A DNA stretch of 64,000 bases from positions 3,596,001 to 3,660,000 of the forward strand of contig JAYWIR010000008.1 of assembly GCA_036172245.1 (NCBI GenBank), written 5' to 3'. The translations under genes and the position numbers were made by a program. This document shows positions 1-13,376 of this stretch, one piece after another; the first letter of the stretch is position 1; each line of letters starts with the position of its first letter. The notes under the pieces were generated by a model. It saw only the letters and a list, made by a program, of their open reading frames with translations, was not told the origin of the DNA and ran no database searches. Source of the stretch: Raillietiella orientalis. Lineage: Eukaryota.

Positions 1-1199
1 TTCGCTTTTTCTCCTCCTCCTCCTTCCCCCTTTTTTTCCTTCCGTTTTTTCCCTTTGCGGTCGTAAATCTCGGCGACGCGGAAGGACACCCTGCGCGACA
101 CGAGGCTGTCAGCGGGAAGCGGCCAGAGCTCGGGAGAGAGCGGAGCGCGGAGGAACCTCGGCCGCAAGAGGTCCACTCCCGAAGGCTCGCGCGTCTACCC
201 GCCCGTCCTGGATTCCCGCGAGCGAAGGAAAGGGGGACGCGCGCGACGGTCCTTCTGTCCCGCGTCCCTCTCCGCTCCCTGGTCCAGCACGCGGGCAGGA
301 AGGCGGGGCAGCCTCCAGAGGGGGCGCGCGCGCCATGGCTGCCCCGACCTGCCTGCCTTCTGAGCTCCGAGAGGATCTCCCGAAGCCGTCGACCGGCACG
401 CGTCCGGCGGCCTCTGCGCCCATTTGCCCCGCCCCCTTGCATTCCAGAAAGGAGGCGGGTGCCGAAGCTCGCAAAGGATCTCTTGTCGAAGCGGAGCTGT
501 TTCATGAGAAGATGCAGGAGGACCAGAGATGGCGAGGTGTCCAGGGAACGTCTGGGAACGTTCCCTCTCTTCCCCTCTCCAGCCCCCTTCGCTTCGATGG
601 GGGAGGAGAGGGGAAGGGAGGGTGCCCTAGCTTTGAGGTCATGCGTGACGATAGACTCGCAATGCCCGCCACTGCGGACGGAGAGCGGGTCGCTATGGAG
701 ACGCCGAGAGCTTCCACCTCTCGTGGGACTCGCCCGTCATCCGTAGCCGTAGGCAGTGCGAAGGAGGACCAAGAGGAAGAGCGAAGGGAGGGGAGCCCTC
801 ACCCCTACTGGGGGGCGCGTGCAACCGTTCGAGGTGCTCCCTATTCGTCGAGCTGCCAGAACCACCTCCCACTCCCCTCACCCCCATCATCATGGGGGTA
901 GGGGGAGGGGGATTGGAATCCCTATCCTGCTCTCGAGAGGCGCGGCGGCGGTCCACTCCTTCGCGGCTTCGTCGTCAACCGAGGGATCACGGCTTCTCTG
1001 AATCAGGGATCCTTTCCAGGAAGAACGCTCCATGGTGGTGTTGAGGGAGGGAGATCGCGAAGGTCTTGTGAAGGTCCATCCGGGAAGACGGGCCGAGGAG
1101 GGCGGCGGAGGCAGGTCCGCGCTCTCCCTGCTTCTGCCCGCAGACTCCCCACGCCCCGACGCACCTGTCGGCGGCGGCCCCGCGTGGAAGAACTCTACG

Positions 1200-1740
1200 A
1201 GCTCCCGACCTGACGGCCTCTCCCCCGTGGGGGGTGCAAGGAGAGGATAGGGCGCTGCTCTTGATAACGGGTCACGCTTTCCGCCGCAAAGCGACGCACC
1301 GAATTCTTCCTCCGCGGGCTGGAGGCTGCAAGGACGAGAAATTCTGGAGCTGCAGTATCGTTTCCAAGAGCCACGGAGCATCGTCCTCCCCCTCCCCTCT
1401 TCGTTGCGGAGGGCTACCCGCTGGCCGGCCACGGGTCGGGAACCAGGGAACAGCATCGTCGACATTCACCGTCGCCTCAAAGCCGGCGATCACGGAGCAG
1501 CCAAGTCCCCCTCCCCCACGATAAATAAATTTTCAGTTATTTATTTATTCGCATCCCACTCTTTCTCCTGGCTTCCCCACCGTCCCTAAGCCTTGACGGG
1601 AGTGGCGGCATGCCCCCCCTGCCGACGGCAGCCACCGCTCATTTCCCCGGCTCCAGAGGTTGCCCACCAACTTCCATGCTTATTTATTTCTATTTATTCA
1701 TTCATTTCATAAATAAACGGCCCACTGCCACCGGGTTTGA
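1200..1740 (+). mobile_element. Decayed 3' end of an L1/Tx1-like LINE
   Basis: T-rich tail followed by AATAAACGGCCCACTGCCACCGGGTTTGA (1712-1740), a degenerate copy of the 3' motif at 53360-53389 and 59153-59183. Upstream, CKDEKFWSCSIVSKSH loosely resembles the LINE C-terminal zinc-finger region (HLFWEC). 5' boundary unknown. Confidence 0.35.
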
Positions 1741-1889
1741 GGGCAGCTGATCACGGGGCTGCAGACGGTGACGGCGTTGCGATGGAGGGGGTACGGACAC
1801 CCTCCGCTTCGGGAATGCCCCACGCCTCGCGAGAGCAGTCCAGAGTGGGGACGAGGGGTTTCCCCACCGAGGCTCGCGCCCTCGCCTTC

Positions 1890-2260
1890 GCCACCACCAC
1901 CGTCATTGTCATCGTCATCGACAACCTCTCATTATCACCACCACCGTCATTGTCGTCGTCATCGTCAACCTCTCATCGTTGGCGTCATCAGCGGCAGCCT
2001 CATCGTTGGCATCGTCACCGTCGCTGTCATCTCTCGCCATCATCCTCATGATGATCATCCTCGTCACTCTCATCGTCATCGCCATCCGTCGTCATCGCTA
2101 TCATTGCCGCCACCGGCACCTCATCCGTTGGCGTTATCGTCAGGCTCACCATCACCGCCATCTCTCGTCGTCGTCGCCATGATCATCCTCGTCATCATCA
2201 GTTCCGTCATCGTTTCCATTGATGTGTGCGCCGTCATCGTCGTCATCGCAACCGGCGTCA
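1890..2260. repeat. Degenerate trinucleotide low-complexity tract (CAT/CGT/CAC)n
   Basis: Run of catcgtcatcgtcatc/caccac units; produces the His/Arg-, Ser- and Ile/Val-rich spurious ORFs. Confidence 0.85.
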
Positions 2261-3499
2261 CTACTTCCGCTCCGCCACGTGTGAAGGGGTGCACAGAGCG
2301 CCCAGGGCGCGCGCTCTCGGAGCAGCGGGCACGGGGACGGCGGTGCGCGTGCCACCTGCCGTCACTTGGAGCGGCATTCCGTATCCCTCCCCTTCCCTTC
2401 TCCAATTTCTTCCCCTAGGAAGTCGGACCATCCAGGGGTCTCCCTTCGTCGGGAAGGGGAGGAGGAGCAGCTGGGCTGATAGCAAGTGGGGGGGGGGGGG
2501 GGTGAGACGAAGGGGCAGAGCCCAGGCTCGCTCCATCGCCCTCCGGGCCTCCCCCGGAAGGGAAAAAGAGGATTTCTTGGCACTCACCGTCCCCCCCCCC
2601 CTTCCGCCGGCGGGGAGATGCGGGTCGCTCCCTTTTCTGCAGGCGGCGAACTCGTAGCCGAGGAGCAGCCGCCCGGCCCGCTCCACCGCGCGCGTCCTGC
2701 GAGGATGCGCGAGAGTTCCTCCACGCGGCCGCCCCCACTTTCACTTCCGGAGGGCTTCCCCGCGAGTCCGTCGGGCGCACCCTGCCATACCTGCTCCCCC
2801 TTGGTAGGTCACCCGCTCTCGGCGAGAGAGGGAGGCGAGCGTTGCCGACATTGACCGCCCTCCACCCCCGCGCACGGGGACGAAGACCCTTTCTCCTCCC
2901 CCCCTCGTTTCCCTGGAAGCAGGGCGAGGCGGGCGAGCCGGAAGGGAAGGGAGGGAGGCCGCTGCTCGCCCCTCTGAGCACTCCGGGGAGAGGGTGAGAG
3001 CAGCCACGCGCTCGCCCCTCCGCACACTCCGCCCTCTGGTCTTTGCCAAGAGGCAAAGACCAGAGGGCAGAAAGGGCAGGGAAGGGGCCTGACGACGGGA
3101 AGAGAATGCCCTCTCGCGCAGCTGCTGTCACCCTCTCCCCCCCCCCTTCCCCCCTCCCTCCTCCCGCAGCAGCATGCACCGCTGAGAAAGATATAAATAG
3201 AACGGAGAGAGGCCCGGAAAAAAGCAACGCGCGGTCCGCAAAGTGGAACGCCACCGGCACGCGTGCGCGCATGCGCGCGACGCCCCTCCTCAGGCTCCCG
3301 CATGCGCGCATGAACGTCGCCTCCGTGTCCCGGTTTTCAAGGAGAATCCGAGGAGGAGCAACCCCGATTTTCGCAGAGCGTGCGGGTTGTCAAGCCAACT
3401 GCCGCTCCACGCAGACTTTCTGGCCCACGGAGTCGCGCTCCAAGGGGGAGAGGGGGGGCGCAAAGGCGGGGGAAGATCTTCCTCGATGTTCCCCCGGGA

Positions 3500-4400
3500 T
3501 GCCTCGAAATCGCGGGTTCCCTGATCGGCGAGTTCGTCTTCCCCCCCAGCCCCCGCACCCCTCCCCTTCCTGTGCCACCGGCCGCTTTGCTCGCAGTTCT
3601 CTGGAAGGAGAGGGCGCCTCCGCGCGCTGGTGGGGAGTACGTGCTGGCGGGATGCCCTAATACAGTTGCCGCAGGATGCATCAGGACTGGAGCCGCAACT
3701 CGTGGGGCGCTCCAACTCCCTCCCCTGGGGCCTGCTCCTCTCCGCGGACGTTCTGCCTCCTGCAGGAGCGTCAGAAGTGGGCGAGATGCACAGGGATTGC
3801 GCCGTCCTCTTCCCCCATTTCTCCTCCTCCCCCTCGCCGCTGCCGCCCGCCATCATCCCGTCCGGTAGCAGTCCATCTGCTGGATCGCACCCGGAACATC
3901 CTTCGGGGTGCCTCCGGCGCCGCTTTCGCAGCACCATCTCACGACACAAAAGAAGAGGAAGGCCGCCCTCCGGGGGAGGGCGCGGCCAAACGTCCCAAAC
4001 TGGAAACCGGCGCGAGAGGGAGCCTTAGGGCAACTGCGTGCAGGCTAATAGTGACCGGATACGCATCCCATGTCCACTCCTTTCTCCCCAACTCAGTCTC
4101 CCTGGCAGTCGTCACCATCATCGTAGGGGAAGATCCTTATTCGCACCCCGCATTCACCTATCGTTCGACTGGAGATCCCCCGCGCCCCTCCACTGCCGTG
4201 CCAGCGCTGTCCCCGTTGCCGTTCGAAAGCTTTCGTTTCCCGTCGCTAGATGGCAGGCAGACCGTCTCCGCTTGCGAACTGGATGTTTCTTCCCGAGTGT
4301 AGCCGGCACACTCCGGCTGGGACGAGGAAGCTTCGCGCCCCTACGCCGCGAGTGCCACCGCCGCGTCGTGGTCTCCCTCCCAAAGGATCCGGAAAGAGAG
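3500..4400 (+). mobile_element. Possible highly decayed LINE RT fragment
   Basis: Frame-broken motif echoes in RT order: WRDALIQLPQ (W..G.I.LLPK), HLLDRTR (LD.EKAF), LIVTGYASHVHSF (I.VNG..S..F). Weak. Confidence 0.25.
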
Positions 4401-7400
4401 GAAGGAGAGTGACGCTCGCTCTCCCTCCCTCCAGAAAGAGGTCGTCACACCGCGGGCCCAGCGATCAGCGCGGTCCGATCCCTCCGGAGGAGCCAGAGAC
4501 AGGAACGCCACCGAGTTGTAGGATTGCGCCTGCCGCCCCGCCGCCGAGGGAGCCGACGCCTCGCCCCGACCGGGACGGTGTGGCCCGCCGCCGGGTCGAC
4601 CGCCGCGACGCCGGCGAACGGGGTCGAAAACGGAAAGCACCGCGCGCGAGCGCGCAACAACTCTTGGTCCTCCTCCGTGCTCTCCCACGCGAGGCGGGGC
4701 TCTCCCTTTCCCCCGGAGGCGGGGAACCCCGAAGCCCGCGAGGGCAGGCGCGCAACCCTGCAGATCGCGGCAAACTGGGGCAGCGTGCGCACGCGACGCT
4801 TCCGCGACGCTCGCGGCCACCCCATAAAAACGGGTCGGACGGCGGGTCGCTCCCGCAGGTGCGGAAGAACTGAACGGAAGCCGCGCCCCTTTCCTCTCTC
4901 CCCCAACAGGCAACCGCAATGACTTGTCTTATTTTCGTGTACTGAATTTATATATTGCGAATTACATAAATGCGGGGTATTCCACTTCATCGAAAACGAT
5001 GATGCATATGCAATGCATCATGAAATTTCAATTATGGACTTAATTCTTGTTAGTCAAATACATTCGTGTTACACCCAGCGTGGAGTGTGCTGTTTATGGC
5101 GTCTTTGAAAGAGAACTAATGCTTATACCGTAAATGTTTAGAATACCAATAAATATAGAATGTACTGTACAATGTAGTAAGGAAAATTCAGGTTTGCAAG
5201 GGAAATGCAGAATGTATTACTGAAAATAAAAGGCTTAATTTATAGTTTTTCCCATTCCTACTGTTGATAATTAATGTTGATGACATTTCCTACTGCTAAT
5301 GATCATTGATAATGAGATGGAACAGAGGGGAACCGCGACCTTTCGGTGAACAGTGGAGTCGGCAGCCGATGGGCACTCGCGTGGGGGAGGGGAGGGGACA
5401 GCGACGCGGTGGTGGCGGGAGCCGGAACTAAAAGCGAGGCGGTCGGGCTGTGCCGCCGCTTCCGTAAGCGAAAGCTGCCCACTCCCGGCTCGGTAGCATC
5501 CTTCGGCCGCTGCGACCTGGAAAGCGCGGTTCCGGCCCGACCCCGGAGCCATTCCAAGCGCGCCACGAACGGCCTCGCCGGAATTCCCTCTCTACCTTCG
5601 CTCCTTTCCTACCCGACCGGAAACTCCCGGAAGAGCCCGCTCCGCGCCAGCGGACGACGAGCCGTGGATCCGTCACCGCTTCCCTTGGCGCCGCCGCCAC
5701 CTCCCCACACTCCGCCTGGCTGCAGCAGCAGCTCCTCCTGCGAGGCGGCCGGCGGGGAAGTTGCTCTCGCCGCAGCGCTGCCCCAAAAACGGGAAGCGAG
5801 CAGATCGGCGGTGGGAAGGGACAGGGGCAGAAAATGAAGGCGAGGAGGTTGCCAAGGACTGAGCGCCGCATCCTTGGCAACCTGCTTAGGATGCGGGTGG
5901 CGACCTGCTTCCCCTGCTGAGGCTGGCTGAGGCCGGGGTCGCCGCCTTCTCGCCTCCACCAAAGTAGGGAAGTGGAGGATGCCTCGGTAGGGGCGGGTGG
6001 GCTCCGCGTCGTCGCCGCCGCCGGGTATCTTCACCCCGGACGGGGGCAGCAGGGAAGCCGGAAGCTGCGGGCGGGCGACTGCCTTCGGGCGGCGATCGAC
6101 GGCGCCGACGTTCGCTCGCCTTCCGCCTGCCCCTCGCTTACAGGCAGACTCAGACTTCCCGTCCCGCGGGGGAGAACGGGGGTCCGCCGCCGCCAGGAAA
6201 GCAAAGCTTCCCCACCATGTCCCCCCGACGAGTGGATCCGGGAAAGATTAGGCGGCGTAGAAGGCGAGGGGGGCGAAGCGAAGTCGAGGGCGCGGCCAGC
6301 GACCGCTGAGGAGTTGTGACCCTCGCGGGAGACCGCCGAGCGCTAGCGACAGCGCGATGCTGCAATTTCTCTTCTTCCCCAACGGTTGCTCCCTACCCGG
6401 TGGAGCGTGGGCGCGCCGTACCGCTCGCAGAACCTCAGGGACTCCCTCCGGAAGGCAAGTACGACTCCCTCCTATCCTTCAGGATTTTCTTTCGCAAGCT
6501 GCGGGTGACCACCCGCTCCTCGCCCGTTTCACGCCTGACGGACCTTTCTCACACTCCGGCCATCGGTGCGCTCGCGCGCGGCTGCTCAGAAGGCGCCAAC
6601 TTCCCGCCTCCGCCGACCCCTTTCGAGACTCGCTGCAAGCGAGAGCCCTTGGCGCGGGAGCAGCGAGCACCACCCGCGCCTCTGGTGGGGACGCCCCGAG
6701 TCCCCTTCGACTCCGCCACGAACTCGCTGCAGCTCCTAGGAAGAGCCGTCGGAGGAGTCTCACGGACGCCCTTCAGTCTGGACCCCGTCTCCTAGGAACC
6801 GCGAGGAACGGAGAAAGCTCGAAGGGCTGAGGAGCCCCGCGACCATCCTCGATGATCCTCAGACGAATTTCTCGATCCGCTATCTCCTCCCGTGGGACGC
6901 CTACCGGAGCTGCCGGCTGCTTCTCTTCCCTTCCTCCCATTCTTCCTCCTCCGCCCTCCTCCTCCTCCTTCTCCTCCTCTTCCCTCCTTCCTCCCTCGAA
7001 GGGCTGGGGTGCGAAGAGAACCGAAGGCGGCGAACGGATTCCATTCCCGAAAGAGCCTCTCGAAAAGGATGAGCGCCACTCTAGACGGGAAGAGGGGCAG
7101 CCGGACGCCAGAACGCTCTCTCAAGCTTTCCATGGAGTCGCTTCCGGGTGTGCTCGCTACTCGGGAAGACTGGTGGAAGGAAGGGAAAGAGGAATTGTGC
7201 TGAAACGCTGGGGCGGCCCCTGCGGGGGAACTTTAGGGAAGAGAGCTTTTCCCGTCCGCCACCTCTCGGTGTTTGGCTCACGGGCTCGCACGCGAAGCCG
7301 CGGCGGCGGCGTGCGTTCTCATTTTATTTTTTTGTTTTTCTTTCTTTCTTTTCTCTTCTTTTCTCTTCCTCTTTTGCCCTTCGAAACAGAAAGTGGCAGC

Positions 7401-7899
7401 TCCAGTTCGCGGTCCTTCACCCCGCCCAGTAGCACGCGCACGCAGCCGGCCCACTACTCCGCACTTTCCCGTCACAAGACCCTCGCGAGCGAGCTGCCCT
7501 TCAGGGCGAAGAAGACGAAACGCCCGGCTCCTCTCCTCCCCTTCCTCCTCCGACCGGGACGAGCGGAAGCGCCGTCACACGGCGGCCGACTTGAGCCAAC
7601 CACCGGCGACTGCCTGGAAAAGGAAAACGCGAGTTGCCGAGAGCGGCGGTGGCAGCGACCAGTGCGCTCGCGCCGCTGGAAATCTGCGCATTGCCCGCTC
7701 GCCCGCCTGCCCGGGTGGAGCCAATGGGAGGGGGCAATTTGACGAACCTGCCCCTCTCCTGCCCCTGTGCTGACTGCTTCGGGATGCGAGGGTGGGAGCT
7801 CCCCGCTCTCCGTTCCAGTCCCTGGCGTGAGACGGCGACCCTCAGGGAGCCCGGAATCCGCGTCGGAAACGAGGCCGCGTGTCGCCTGAAGTTGCCCCT

Positions 7900-10800
7900 C
7901 CCCTCGGCTGCTGCAAGAACAGTCCCGCGCTGGGAGGAGGGCTTAGGGCAGGAAGGGCTTCGTGCCGTCTCTTCCCGCTCTTCCTGTCTCCGTCCACGTT
8001 CCTCCTCCGCGCCGTTCGCTTCCGGGCCCTCTCGGCAACCGCAGGAAGTCCGAGGGAATCTTCCAGGAAGCCGCGGACTTCTGGGTTTGCCGGCAAGACT
8101 CTGATGACAAGGAAGGGTTCCGAAACGGGTGCACGTGTCCCTGCTCCTCCGGCTGTCAGGAGTTGCTCCGGACAACCAAGCAGACCTCGACGGAGGACGC
8201 GAGATGGAGGCGGCAGGGGAACCCGCCGAGGATCACCAGCAGCATCTACGGTGACTCAGGACAGGGGGAAGAGGAATCCCAACTTCCCCTTTCCCTCTTC
8301 CTCCGCGTTTCCTCCGCTCCGCCCGTTTTTTGGCCTCCAGGTGCAGCTCCCACAGCGTCCCTCTTTCCCCCGTCCCTGCCTGTCGGCTGACGGGTTCTGC
8401 CCCTTTGTGCTACCCCCTGTCCTCTTCCCGACCCACTGTCCGCGCTCCTCGCTGCTTCTGCTCTCCCCGGGGATCTTCACCCAACCGCTCTCATCATCTC
8501 GGGCTCCGCCTTTCGAGGCAGCAGAGTCCTCTCGCAACGAGTCGCTCGTCCACTCCCTCTTCCCTCTGAGATCCGCCGATGTAAGGTGACGGCGATGGTC
8601 TTGCTACCCATCCCTCTGATGACCTCCCCCTGCAGCAGCAGCATCTTTCTCCAGGATCCTCGGGAGGGTTTCGCCGCTTGGCCTTGGTCCCGACTCAAGT
8701 CCCCGGAGCGGGGGAAGATGGAGCGGCACTAGTTCCAAGGAGCCTCTGGGATGGTCCCTCGCTTTCTTCTTCCCTGCTTCCATTTCCGCCCTCGTAAGTG
8801 GAAAGTCGGAGCTGCGCGCACCATCGTTCTCCACGAGCGTCAAGGATGGCACGTGGACAGAGAACCATCCTGCGATGCAGTGGCGACCTCGGACCAGGAG
8901 AAGGGGAGCTTTTGAAACCCGTGACCTGGATCCACCGCTTCGAAGGGTAAGTGCTCCTGAAAGCAAGAGGGAGCCCAGGATCAGCCTCGGGCGCTGCAAG
9001 GATCGAGTAGGCGGTGCACTGGTGGCTGGATTGAAAAGACGCGGATTTGTAGGTCGAAGCATCCAGTCCCAATCTCAGCGTAGGCTCTCCCCATCCAGGT
9101 AGCCTACTTCTGACAGCTGCTTGCCAGGGACAGCTGGGAGGGAGGGGGGATCTCTCCCTACGAGCGAGCTCAGGAAGAGAACGTACCAGGGACCCTCTTC
9201 GGGGACCTCTCTGAAAGCAGGTCCGCAGCCGACCACACTTCTAGATCCTCTGAAAAGGTACTCCAACGTCAGGCGTGGAGGCTGATACTTTATCGGGGAA
9301 GGGAGTGAAAGTCTCCTGAGAGTCCAGAAGGAAGTTCAAGATGGTGCGGTGATGCCAGCACCGCAGACTCTCCTCTTCTTTGAACCCTGGTTTGGGATGC
9401 TGGCACCTATGGTCGCGGTTTCCTGGGATTGTATCCCAGGTTTCCCTCCCCTTCAACCGATCAGCCCATTCACAAAAGGAAGATGCGACACGCTCACGCG
9501 GTGATGCTCCAGGACTCGAAAACTCGGAAGCGAAGTCTGAACCTGCAAAGGAGGGAAAGACGGGAGAGGAGGCTCAACATCTTGCATTGAGCAAGCGATT
9601 TGCAAGAAATTTATTATGAAAGGGATCAGGTAGCTGCAGTCTTTTCGCATCCGGCTTCTTTACAGGAATCCGGAAGCGAAAGTGTATTTTCAGGATCGCT
9701 CCAAGGATACACTCGTATCAGTGCTATAATGGAGCACTGACGGCGACAAGTTTCCCTATTTCGGTGAATCATCAGTGATACCTCACAGCAGATCGAACGC
9801 AGAATGCACATTCATCCCGCAACAGGTTTTCATGAATGATTCCTCTTCTCCTTCCTTTTGGGAAAATTTTAGTGGATCATTTGTATCTCAAATCACCAAT
9901 CTTTTCAGCACGATCACTTCCCAAAAGAAGCACATCATTTCAACACACCGATGACGAAATCCTTTGTAATTTGCATATCATTGTCATGAACGCAGAATGA
10001 CTGGACTAAGAAGTGCCAAATTTATGGAAAGCTTCCCTATTTTATTTGTTTCCTCCCCCCCCCCCTTTTAAGAAAACAGTAGAGAACGAATTTTACGGAA
10101 CGAATTTTAAGAGTTTATACACCTCGCTCTTTCCTTTGCCAAAACTTCTGAACCAGCGTGAAAGTTCTGATAGGAATTTGGAAGTCCCAAATGCATTTTG
10201 CCAAACATAACCAAAGGAAAATCGCTACGCGAGTCCTACTTACTTGAGACAAATGCTAAACAGTGTTTCCAGCACTTGCTTTTGTCAGATGACCATACAA
10301 AATGCCCTATGGTACAAAGGTGATGAACATAAGTTGCCACTGAACACCTTCACCGATTGTAATATGATGAAAGTGATAAACGTGGGGACACCGACTGCAG
10401 CGTAATGCAGCTGCTTCTACAGAAAGCAAATGAAGTTCTATTGCTTCCTATTGCAGCGCAGATGGACATTTTCAAAACCCTGGAGTTCCCAAGAAAGCTG
10501 GTTTCGTGCAAAAATAAAGATAGAGTGGAAATATTTTATTCATGGAAATTTATTTTTCTAAGAGTGAGAAGCAAAGCATCTAACGGAAAACAAGAACGGC
10601 TGTTACAAATCTCTGAAAGGAACAAACTCGACGCATAATTGAACTGAGTTGAAGGTCGTAAATATCCACTAGAAGAATTTCTCTTTAGTATCACAAATGT
10701 GGCCCGTTAATTATATAAGAAATGCAAACAAGCTTGTAACTCCATTTCCTTCATGCTTAGGGAATTAAATATTTACATAGACGAAACAGTTTACAGTTTG

Positions 10801-11600
10801 GGCGTTATTTCTTGTGTTCTACCAAAAGCGTACTTTACATAGAGGAAATTTTTTTTTCCTCTCTTTCTTTGCCACGCTTCCGAATTGGAGCTGGAGGCCT
10901 ATCTGTGGTTGCACAAAAACGATAATAATAAACAAAACCGCCTTTCTGAGGTATAGCTCACCAGTAATAGAAATTTCAAAAGCAAACAGATCTGTTTTTT
11001 TCTTTCTACTCTAATTGAATTTCTCTATGTACCAATCATTATTTTGAACTATGGCCATGTGGTCAGGATGGGAAAGAACTCTTTAGAAACAAAACTACAA
11101 CCAGGAAGAAAAGTTGGACTTGGGAATGCTGGGAGTTTTCGATCTTGTTAGGAAGTCAATGTGCTCCTGTTCCGAGATAATCTTAATTGAAATTAAAAAT
11201 AGGATTCTGAATTCTTATGGCAATCATTCAATACAATCATGAAATTCGCGAATAAAAATCACCAGGCTTGACGACAACTGCCAGCGTAGTGGGATGATTC
11301 CTTGGATTTGTACTCGAGCTGGGCGACTCTGTTCTTGGTAACTTTTGTTTTTACTGATTTTTACATAATGAGGTAAAAGCAAACATGCAGTTATGAAAAC
11401 TTCTTTTATCTTTGGTTATCTTGTCGGCAGCTGCAATCACAAAACAGCTGCATGCTTTCCGTTTACTCGGCACTTTTACGGAATAAGTCAAAGACAGGAG
11501 ACAATTTACTGTTGGTGTACGGTTACGCCGCACGAGCAACTAATTATTTTTCTCACCATATTAGTGGTAAAACCTGTAATTGAGCTTTCAGTTAAATGCT
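7900..11600 (-). mobile_element. Decayed L1/Tx1-like LINE (ORF1 relic ~11.3-11.6 kb, RT relic ~8.5-9.4 kb)
   Basis: Minus-strand fragments SLVGRDPPSLPAVPGKQLSEV (I..DQ..F.PGR.I.DN), LGLDASTYKSASF (LD..KAF) and WIQVTGFKSSPSPGPRSPLHRRMVLCP (I.VNG..S..F..RGVRQGCPLSP) occur in canonical order. Many stops and frameshifts; boundaries approximate. Confidence 0.4.
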
Positions 11601-12885
11601 CGGCAAACATTAATATTACGGTATCACCTCTTTAAGTTCATACACCCCACCTTCTCACCACATGGGCTTTGTTTCATGAATTCCTTCCTAAGCAACAATA
11701 GATAATATTCATAGTATAGATCATTGTAGTATCGCAGACACTCATTTACCACTTGAGAAACACACATTTACCAGGAAAACACCATCAAGTATTTATACTC
11801 TATTTTGCTCAATTATCTTCATGGAATTTACCATGTTCCCCAATAGGTACATCAAGCCTTTAGAACATCAAAAATATTCTTTCACCACGACATAGGAAGC
11901 ATTCATGGGGAAATATTTCTCATTTGCGTTTGCCTTTCCCATTCAGCTTAATCCTTAACTGAAGGTTGTTTGCACATACATCTAACAAGTACTATTATTA
12001 TTATTATTATTTCACTTTTAAAATGCTATTAAAAAAACTATCGTGACGGTTTCATAAATAAGAAAAATGATTTTTCCTCGTTCAACAATGCTATATTAAG
12101 TTACTTTTGCTGTCATTTTTGTCCTCATTCGTGCATTCATCTTGGTCTTGGAGTAAGATGGGTTGTGCATGTTGATTCACAATCAATGATCAATGATGGA
12201 CTGTAACAATTATGGGAAAAATCACTGACAATTCCAGTTTGAAACCTAAAATAAGGCATACTGGAGAGCATGAAGAGAACTTCATGTCATAACATGTAAT
12301 GGAATTGCAAATCATTGAATTTTTGCAGAAATTTTGCATCATGATGGATGTTCACTTTAATCAATATGCAAATTCGTGAATGCTGGGTTTAGATATAACA
12401 CTACCCTCCTTTTAATTTACAATTTTATCCCAAATTGGAGCAATTATAGCAAACATGTCAGTACCATTCACAACACACAAATTACTTAAGAAAAATAGTA
12501 AACGTCATGTTTTGACTACTTTGTCTAGAGTTGCAGCTGCAATGTGATCAAAGTATAGAGAAATAACCATTTCATTCAAAAAGCTAAACCTCTGGTGTGC
12601 AAAATTTCGAGTCAAGCTATAACATGTGACAATATTATGCAATTTATAAATTTAAGCATTTCTAAAGTGTGACAGTATCCTTCTTGAGCTTGCTACTTCT
12701 GCAGAAGGGATTCACTTTTTCACCTCATTATTACTAAAAGTATCCCTTTGATGACTATGTATGTTTCATCTAAATTGTGCAATATGCCAAGAGACTGATT
12801 GGGACACCAAGATTCCTATGATTATGCTTAAACACACCATGCTGAGTTTTGGTATGGTATACAATTGCTTTAAAATCATTTTTGC

Positions 12886-13376
12886 TTTATTGAAAGATTC
12901 TGATTATGCATTGCACTGTTCATAAGAGCTCATGAAGCTCTCTACCCAGAAATGCAACCTTAAAGTCATTCTCTGCTACATTGAAATCTCCTGCTGTTAT
13001 GGACAGCTCTAATCTGGAATCATTGATTAACTTTACCTCTCCTTCCGTTTCTGTGCCTGTCTTTCTCTTGTTTTACTGTTTATAAAAAATGCAAAAACAA
13101 AAAAATGTATTTTGAGACTTTTCTCTGGTACAAACAAGGTATACTGTCGCTATTTACATCTTTCCCAATAACTTTTGATGTTGTTCACAAACCTTAGGAC
13201 TACATTAACATTTTGTGCATTAGGATTTGTTGTTATGCCAAGCAAACATGTTATTCTAGCATGCATGAAAAGTTGCCCAACTAAACTGTTGGAAGTTCAT
13301 GCATTGCTGCAAAGGACTTTACCTTCATACGTGCATAATTTGACAAGAACTTCTTTAAAACTTCAAAACCTCCCAC
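12886..13376 (-). other. Candidate unannotated spliced transcript (lncRNA or small protein), divergent from AKAP10
   Basis: Four AG|GT..AG introns of 42, 43, 46 and 43 nt (13322-13281, 13192-13150, 13036-12991, 12958-12916), the same size class as the real genes here, then AATAAA at 12891-12886. No recognisable protein. Confidence 0.35.

Noticed and set aside
1768..2418. His-rich or transmembrane-like ORFs
   Set aside because: Translation products of a degenerate trinucleotide tract.
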